Shown here piece after piece: positions 59,284-64,000 of a stretch of 64,000 bases of DNA; the first letter of the stretch is position 1, and every line of letters begins with the position of its first letter. The stretch is from Marinicella sp. GTDB taxonomy: Bacteria; Pseudomonadota; Gammaproteobacteria; Xanthomonadales; Marinicellaceae. A model generated the notes under the pieces. The model saw only the letters and a program-made list of their open reading frames with translations. It ran no database searches and was not told where the DNA came from. Where the stretch lies: positions 1,344,001-1,408,000 of the forward strand of contig OZ246001.1 of the NCBI GenBank assembly GCA_965230295.1, read 5' to 3'. A program made the position numbers and the translations under genes.

Positions 59284-59315
59284 CCTTTATGACTTAATTA
59301 TCCAGGCCGCTGTTA

Positions 59316-59753
59316 TCAGTGCAAAAGTCTGTGAATGATTCCTGGATAAATGATTTTGATCACAATGGCGACAAAAACCAATCCTGCTAGGATGGCCCAT
59401 AATTTCTTATGAGTCATTGGCCGGTTATTGGAGGCCTCAGGCAAGACATTGAATCGGTATCCGTTTTTTGAAATGCTGCTGATGGCATTTTCAATGCCAA
59501 ATTTTTTCAGTACAACTTTAAGTTTATAAATGTGTTTACGCAACGCTGGTTTGCCAACACCGTGATTTCCATCCCAAAGTTTTTGCACCAACTCATCAGT
59601 GGTACACACCTCTCCTTTATTGACGATTAAATGCTTAAGCAATCGCATGCTTTTCGGTTCAATTTTTACAACCCTTTTTTGACCCTTTTGATCAAATTTG
59701 AGCTCGTTAGAGTCCGGCAAGATTGATAGGCTGTTATTGATTTTAATGGTCAT
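59316..59753 (-). CDS. Minimal ToxR/CadC-like winged-helix regulator with a C-terminal TM
   Basis: IEPKSMRLL..L....GEV....LV..LW, ISSISKNGYRF, then LWAILAGLVFVAIVIKII. Confidence 0.85.
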   Translation of the reverse strand: MTIKINNSLSILPDSNELKFDQKGQKRVVKIEPKSMRLLKHLIVNKGEVCTTDELVQKLWDGNHGVGKPALRKHIYKLKVVLKKFGIENAISSISKNGYRFNVLPEASNNRPMTHKKLWAILAGLVFVAIVIKIIYPGIIHRLLH

Positions 59754-59761
59754 AAGGAATT

Positions 59762-59782
59762 AAAAAAGGACAAAAAATGGAC
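59762..59782. promoter_or_regulatory. 11-bp-period direct repeat, a candidate wHTH operator
   Basis: AAAAAAGGAC AAAAAATGGAC, with GGAC at 59768 and 59779. Confidence 0.4.
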
Positions 59783-59850
59783 ACTCTTAATTTGATAAAT
59801 CCTAGGTATTTTAACTACAGTTTAGCATACATGATAACGATTTATTGAAC

Positions 59851-61179
59851 ATGAAAAGATACATAAATTTATTGATATTTACAATGATGAGCCTGACTTT
59901 TGGGTTCATATACCAGAATCAAGCACATGCCATCAGCACATATGTGGGTGAGATCAACCTGGCCGGAGACATTCGCCAATTTGAACTGGAGTACGATCCC
60001 AATGCCAAGCACAAAATCCGTTGGGGCATTGAGCAATCCGGACGTCATCGGTTGCCGTTAAAGCAGTTTGAGTTTGATGACAGCAATAACAGCTTTTCAG
60101 GCGTACTCAGTTTTATTGGACACGATGTCAGCGGGCGCATTCAAGGTACGATCAATGCAGAGTCCATCAAGGGTGTTTTGAATTGGCAAAATGAAAAAAT
60201 CAACTTCTCTCTCAAACCAACCAACACCGCCATGTCTTATACAGAAGAAAACCTGGTGTTTCACAATGGTGAAATCAAAATTACCGGAACACTCATATTA
60301 CCCAAAACATCTGACCATGGCTTCCCTGCAGTGATCTTTATTCATGGTTCAGGCTCAGCCTCAAGGTGGTGGGGAATGTATTGGGCATCAGAGCTGTCGA
60401 AAATTGGCGTTGCCAGTTTGTTATACGATAAAAGGGGCAGCGGAGGATCAACCGGACATTGGATCACATCTTCACTTGATGATTTATCTGGCGATGTTGT
60501 GGCAGGCATCGAGGTGCTCAAAACGCACCCAAAAATTGACCCGAAGAAAATTGGTTTGTATGGTGTCAGCCAGGGTGGTTGGATCATCAGTCGCGTGAGC
60601 AGGCTGTCTGATTCTGTGGCATTTGCAATGGTGAATTCTGGTGGCGGTGTCTCACCATATGATGAAGAAATATTTTCCTATAACACCCATATGCAATTTT
60701 CCGGAATAGATGAATTTGGGCGCCAAGCAGGCATTGAGATGGTTGATCAATATATGGCATACCTGGAAACTGGCGAAGGCAGAAGTGAACTGAAAAAGCA
60801 AATGGAACTCCACAAGGACACAGCCTGGTTCAAAGTTTTGGGCATTGATCGTATCTTTGTTTCACCAGAGAACAGAGTCAATTGGGCATGGGTGCCCACA
60901 TATGAGCCTGAACAAGACATCAGTCAAATGAAACAACCCATCCTGTTGATGTTTGGCTCACAAGACCATCAACAACCGGTAGAAAAATCCATCAAAGCAT
61001 GGCAGTCTGCGCTTGATTTGGCTAAAAACACCAATTACCAAATCAAGGTTTATGAAAAAGCCGGTCATGCCCTGGTCATTGGAGGACATCATGCAAAAGG
61101 GTTTCCTCAATATGCTGAAAACCACATTCAAGACATGAAAAATTGGTTGCTGAAACACGAGATACCCCAAAAAAACTGA
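59851..61179 (+). CDS. Secreted alpha/beta hydrolase (S9/S15-like)
   Basis: Signal peptide; HGSG, YDKRGSG.S.G, nucleophile GVSQGG, acid D in GSQD, AGH. Confidence 0.88.
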   Translation: MKRYINLLIFTMMSLTFGFIYQNQAHAISTYVGEINLAGDIRQFELEYDPNAKHKIRWGIEQSGRHRLPLKQFEFDDSNNSFSGVLSFIGHDVSGRIQGTINAESIKGVLNWQNEKINFSLKPTNTAMSYTEENLVFHNGEIKITGTLILPKTSDHGFPAVIFIHGSGSASRWWGMYWASELSKIGVASLLYDKRGSGGSTGHWITSSLDDLSGDVVAGIEVLKTHPKIDPKKIGLYGVSQGGWIISRVSRLSDSVAFAMVNSGGGVSPYDEEIFSYNTHMQFSGIDEFGRQAGIEMVDQYMAYLETGEGRSELKKQMELHKDTAWFKVLGIDRIFVSPENRVNWAWVPTYEPEQDISQMKQPILLMFGSQDHQQPVEKSIKAWQSALDLAKNTNYQIKVYEKAGHALVIGGHHAKGFPQYAENHIQDMKNWLLKHEIPQKN

Positions 61180-61244
61180 TTCCAAAATAAGAAATCAATA
61201 TGGGATGGGGACAGAAAATCAGATAATTAAAGAAAGCAAAAAAA

Positions 61245-61267
61245 CAATGACTCTGACCCCTTTGATT
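61245..61267 (-). repeat. AATCAAAGGGGTCAGAGTCATTG short repeat
   Basis: Reverse copy of the 57464/63380 family; a degenerate GGGGACAGA partner lies at about 61207. Confidence 0.6.
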
Positions 61268-61301
61268 CTGATTCCGCTGATTTTAATAAGCTGGCTACCA
61301 A

Positions 61302-61799
61302 CTAATCCTTAATTTGGCAGTTGCTGATTAATTGTTCCAGGATGGTTGTTACCATCGACAATTGATCTGCCGAAATGCCACTCAATGCGGTTGCTCGATT
61401 TCGGGTTCTTATCTTTCTCAGTTGGGACAATGTTTCCCGGGCTTTTGGGGTTAATTTCAGCAAAAACTTCCTTCGGTCCTGATGGTTGATGGCTCTTTTT
61501 AAGTAGCCTTTTTTGATGATTAAATCAATCATGCGTGTGATTGATGCATTGTCTTTGAAAACCAAGGCAGCTATCTGGCTTTGGCTTAAATCAGGGCGCT
61601 GTTCAATGAAGCTCAACACCAAAGCCTGATCAACCGTAATGTCACCTATTTTTTCATCAAACTGATGCTGGGCATATTTCTTGTATTGTTTGATGGTCCG
61701 CTCTATGGTGTAAAAAATAGTTTTGCTGGGTGCTAAATCGGCATATTCATGCTGCCATTCTGCTTGGTCAACGTTATTTCTTAGGTTCTTATTTTTCAT
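61302..61799 (-). CDS. MarR-family transcriptional regulator
   Basis: ITVDQ..VL, KDNASITRMID....KGYL.R.....DRRKF...LT. Confidence 0.92.
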   Translation of the reverse strand: MKNKNLRNNVDQAEWQHEYADLAPSKTIFYTIERTIKQYKKYAQHQFDEKIGDITVDQALVLSFIEQRPDLSQSQIAALVFKDNASITRMIDLIIKKGYLKRAINHQDRRKFLLKLTPKARETLSQLRKIRTRNRATALSGISADQLSMVTTILEQLISNCQIKD

Positions 61800-63291
61800 C
61801 GATCATACGTTTCGTCAGTTTTCGTTTCTGGATGGTTGCTTCATCATTTGGATACAGCTTGAGGCTGATGTCATAACTCTTGATCGCTTCCTTATATCGA
61901 CCCAAATCACGATAAACATCACCCATTGCCAAATGCACCGATTCATCATCTGGTGCTATTTTAACAACCATTTGCAGGATTTTCAGCGCAGCCTGGTTGG
62001 ACTGTTGTTTTCGATACTGGTTGCTTTCATGAAGCATAAGGTGGACTGACACTTTGTTCTCAAATAAATCCAATTGCCTTCGAGCCGCATCCAGCCCTTC
62101 TTTCTCAAACACCTGTAGAACCTTTTGCGTGTTAAAAAATCGATCTGTGTGCGCAGTTCGACCGCCCAGTTCACGGCGGATGAACGACCTCATTTCATAC
62201 CATCCGTTCATGGCTGCTTGGTTAGAGAGGGTAACCACTACATAACCGGAATCAACAAATACATCCAGATTGGCCGACACGCCTGAAGCGCCCCCGCTGT
62301 GACCGAAAGATGTTTCCTCATCCATTTTATACAAGCTGAGTCCATAACCGTAACCACGACCATTTTGGTCGGTGCTCATTAATTGCAAAGTTTCTTTGGC
62401 AATGATTTTATGCGTGGTTAATGCATTGGCAAATGCCAAGAAATCGTGTGCCGTAGAATAAGCACCACCTGCCGAACTACCGATCTCACCTCCTAAGCCT
62501 GTTTCAATCCAGGCCATTTGGTCCATTGAAAATTGATAGGTTCGGGCCAACTCATCAACCACCTGATCATTGCGCCAACCAGTATGTTTCATCCCCGCTG
62601 GTACAAAGATGCTTTGTTTGATGTGATCATAATAGCTGCGACTGGTGATTTTTTCGATGATTAAACCGAGCAACAAATAGCCGGAATTACTGTATTGTGC
62701 GTTTTCACCAGGTACGAAGTTCAGAGGTTCATTTTCAAAGAACGGTAAAAAGTCTGTCAGCTCTCTGATTGTGTTTTTGGGGTGGTTGTCATACTTTTCG
62801 TTGAAATAGTCGCTCAGACCTGACTTGTGTGTCAGTAATTGGTGGATAGTCACTTTGCTTTTAACGATTTCACTGGGATAATCAGGTAAAAATTCTCCAA
62901 CAGTGTCTTCAAGCTTAAGCTTACCTGCCTCAACTAGTTGCATGATGGCCACTGCTGTGAACATTTTTGCCATTGATGCGGTTTGGAATTTAGTAGAAAT
63001 TCTATTGGGAACCCCATGACTCAAGTCAGCATAGCCACTTGCATGTTCAACCAGGATCTTGTTGTTTTTTGCAATCAAAACGACCCCGTTATACTTTTGA
63101 TTTTCTTTCAGGTATTCTCGAATGTTGGTCAGCTGTGGCTCATTGAAATCTGATTCAGCTTGGGTGACATTGCTGAAAATAATCAATATAGACAGTACCC
63201 GCCACAACATCGAAAACATTGATGCCAGTGGAGTTTTCCATACATAAAAGGTGCGTGTATTGATGTTCGGTTTTATTGTGTTGGTGTTCAT
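61789..63291 (-). CDS. Beta-lactamase-like serine hydrolase with C-terminal TPRs
   Basis: ASMAK (SxxK), LLTHKSG, YSNSGY, GHSG; TPR tail. Confidence 0.9.
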   Translation of the reverse strand: MNTNTIKPNINTRTFYVWKTPLASMFSMLWRVLSILIIFSNVTQAESDFNEPQLTNIREYLKENQKYNGVVLIAKNNKILVEHASGYADLSHGVPNRISTKFQTASMAKMFTAVAIMQLVEAGKLKLEDTVGEFLPDYPSEIVKSKVTIHQLLTHKSGLSDYFNEKYDNHPKNTIRELTDFLPFFENEPLNFVPGENAQYSNSGYLLLGLIIEKITSRSYYDHIKQSIFVPAGMKHTGWRNDQVVDELARTYQFSMDQMAWIETGLGGEIGSSAGGAYSTAHDFLAFANALTTHKIIAKETLQLMSTDQNGRGYGYGLSLYKMDEETSFGHSGGASGVSANLDVFVDSGYVVVTLSNQAAMNGWYEMRSFIRRELGGRTAHTDRFFNTQKVLQVFEKEGLDAARRQLDLFENKVSVHLMLHESNQYRKQQSNQAALKILQMVVKIAPDDESVHLAMGDVYRDLGRYKEAIKSYDISLKLYPNDEATIQKRKLTKRMIDEK

Positions 63292-63337
63292 GATTCAGCC
63301 GGTTACCTAAATATCAAAGCATTCTATATGATATTAA

Positions 63338-63349
63338 TTGATATATCAA
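63338..63349. promoter_or_regulatory. Palindrome TTGATATATCAA, a candidate MarR operator
   Basis: Perfect 12-bp palindrome plus ATATCAAA half-sites at 63311 and 63358, upstream of the hydrolase-marR operon. Confidence 0.5.
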
Positions 63350-63379
63350 ATATAACCATATCAAATATTGGACTTGCAG

Positions 63380-63405
63380 AATCAATGGGGGCAGAGCTGT
63401 TGATT
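63380..63405 (+). repeat. AATCAATGGGGGCAGAG...TTGATT short repeat
   Basis: Third copy of the family. Confidence 0.55.
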
Positions 63406-63941
63406 CAGGTTCTCATCATCACATTCTGTATAAGAGGAAATAAATGATATTTTTTAGCTTTAAAATCAATAAATAGCACCTTATCTGGCAAATAATAAAC
63501 TTTGTCTTTTGATATTAATATTCTTGTTCAATCAAAATTCAAGAAATCACCGTATTTTTGGCAAAGAGTTTCAACGAAATAAAGAACAACTCTAAATACA
63601 AAAATTTCATTCAAACTGGACTTACACGTAATGGTTGGTACTGCTGCCCTTGCATTGATGTGCATCCTCATTCCATCAATTTTCACCCCTTTTTATGTAG
63701 GAAATCATTGACAAGCCTTTAAGAAGTTTGCCATAGCTATGAACTATTAATTAGTACATTATGGTACTGATCAAGGACTTTAAGGGTTGGTTTTCTGAAG
63801 AACTCGATGGGTTGTATTTGATGATTGAAAACAATAAATTCAGCACTTCTACACTCACTGTTGACCGCATCAAAAAACGGCACAGGGTACCAAAACCTCA
63901 ATAATTACCTTGAATAATGTTCAATCATTGGGAGAATGAAA

Positions 63942-64000
63942 ATGAAATACATAAATCTGATCTGTACGGCTTTGGGTCTCAGCCTGATATCGTGCATGGG
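63942..64000 (+). CDS. Start of a probable lipoprotein, truncated by the window edge
   Basis: GGAGA RBS; MKYINLICTALGLSLISC lipobox-like signal. Confidence 0.55.
   Translation, partial: MKYINLICTALGLSLISCM

Noticed and set aside
59031-59297. 88-aa ORF in the track; likewise 43017-43199 and 48185-48469
   Set aside because: They lie within or run into palindromic repeat elements and have no protein-like features, so they are probably spurious.
63420-63930. Long AT-rich intergenic stretch as a riboswitch or sRNA
   Set aside because: No recognisable aptamer motif or strong stable structure was found.
1-64000. CRISPR array, tRNA/rRNA, integron attC array, transposase or integrase
   Set aside because: No regularly spaced identical repeats with unique spacers, no cloverleaf or rRNA-like stretch, and no recombinase motif was seen. 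The repeats are dispersed REP-like hairpins. This was checked by eye only.

Overview
This is a bacterial chromosomal window of moderate GC content. Gene content and protein families suggest a marine gammaproteobacterium, possibly Marinicella-like (inference only). Housekeeping loci include a TPR protein plus TonB-dependent receptor, an attenuated thrLABC operon, an Atm1-like ABC exporter, hemX-hemY, hemL, a DedA fusion, an OPT transporter, a MATE pump and class Ia nrdAB. Between them lie many accessory envelope genes. The strongest candidate for an undescribed system is an ~8.4 kb island (34715-43139), largely AT-rich by eye. It carries a signal-peptide Rhs protein with a Cys-rich tip and a putative immunity gene, divergent from an ECF43-like sigma factor and its membrane Ser/Thr kinase. 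The island is bracketed by two same-orientation REP doublets. Other notable items: an A-B-A'-B' array of four membrane-anchored six-Cys proteins; an apparent TolB-N/TolA-C fusion; ToxR/CadC-like regulators facing secreted genes across 11-bp periodic repeats; a structured intergenic repeat in three copies with a compensatory base-pair change; several promoters implying leaderless mRNAs (including thrL); and at least five REP-like families. I saw no CRISPR array, tRNA, rRNA, transposase or integrase. All calls were made by eye, with no database searches.
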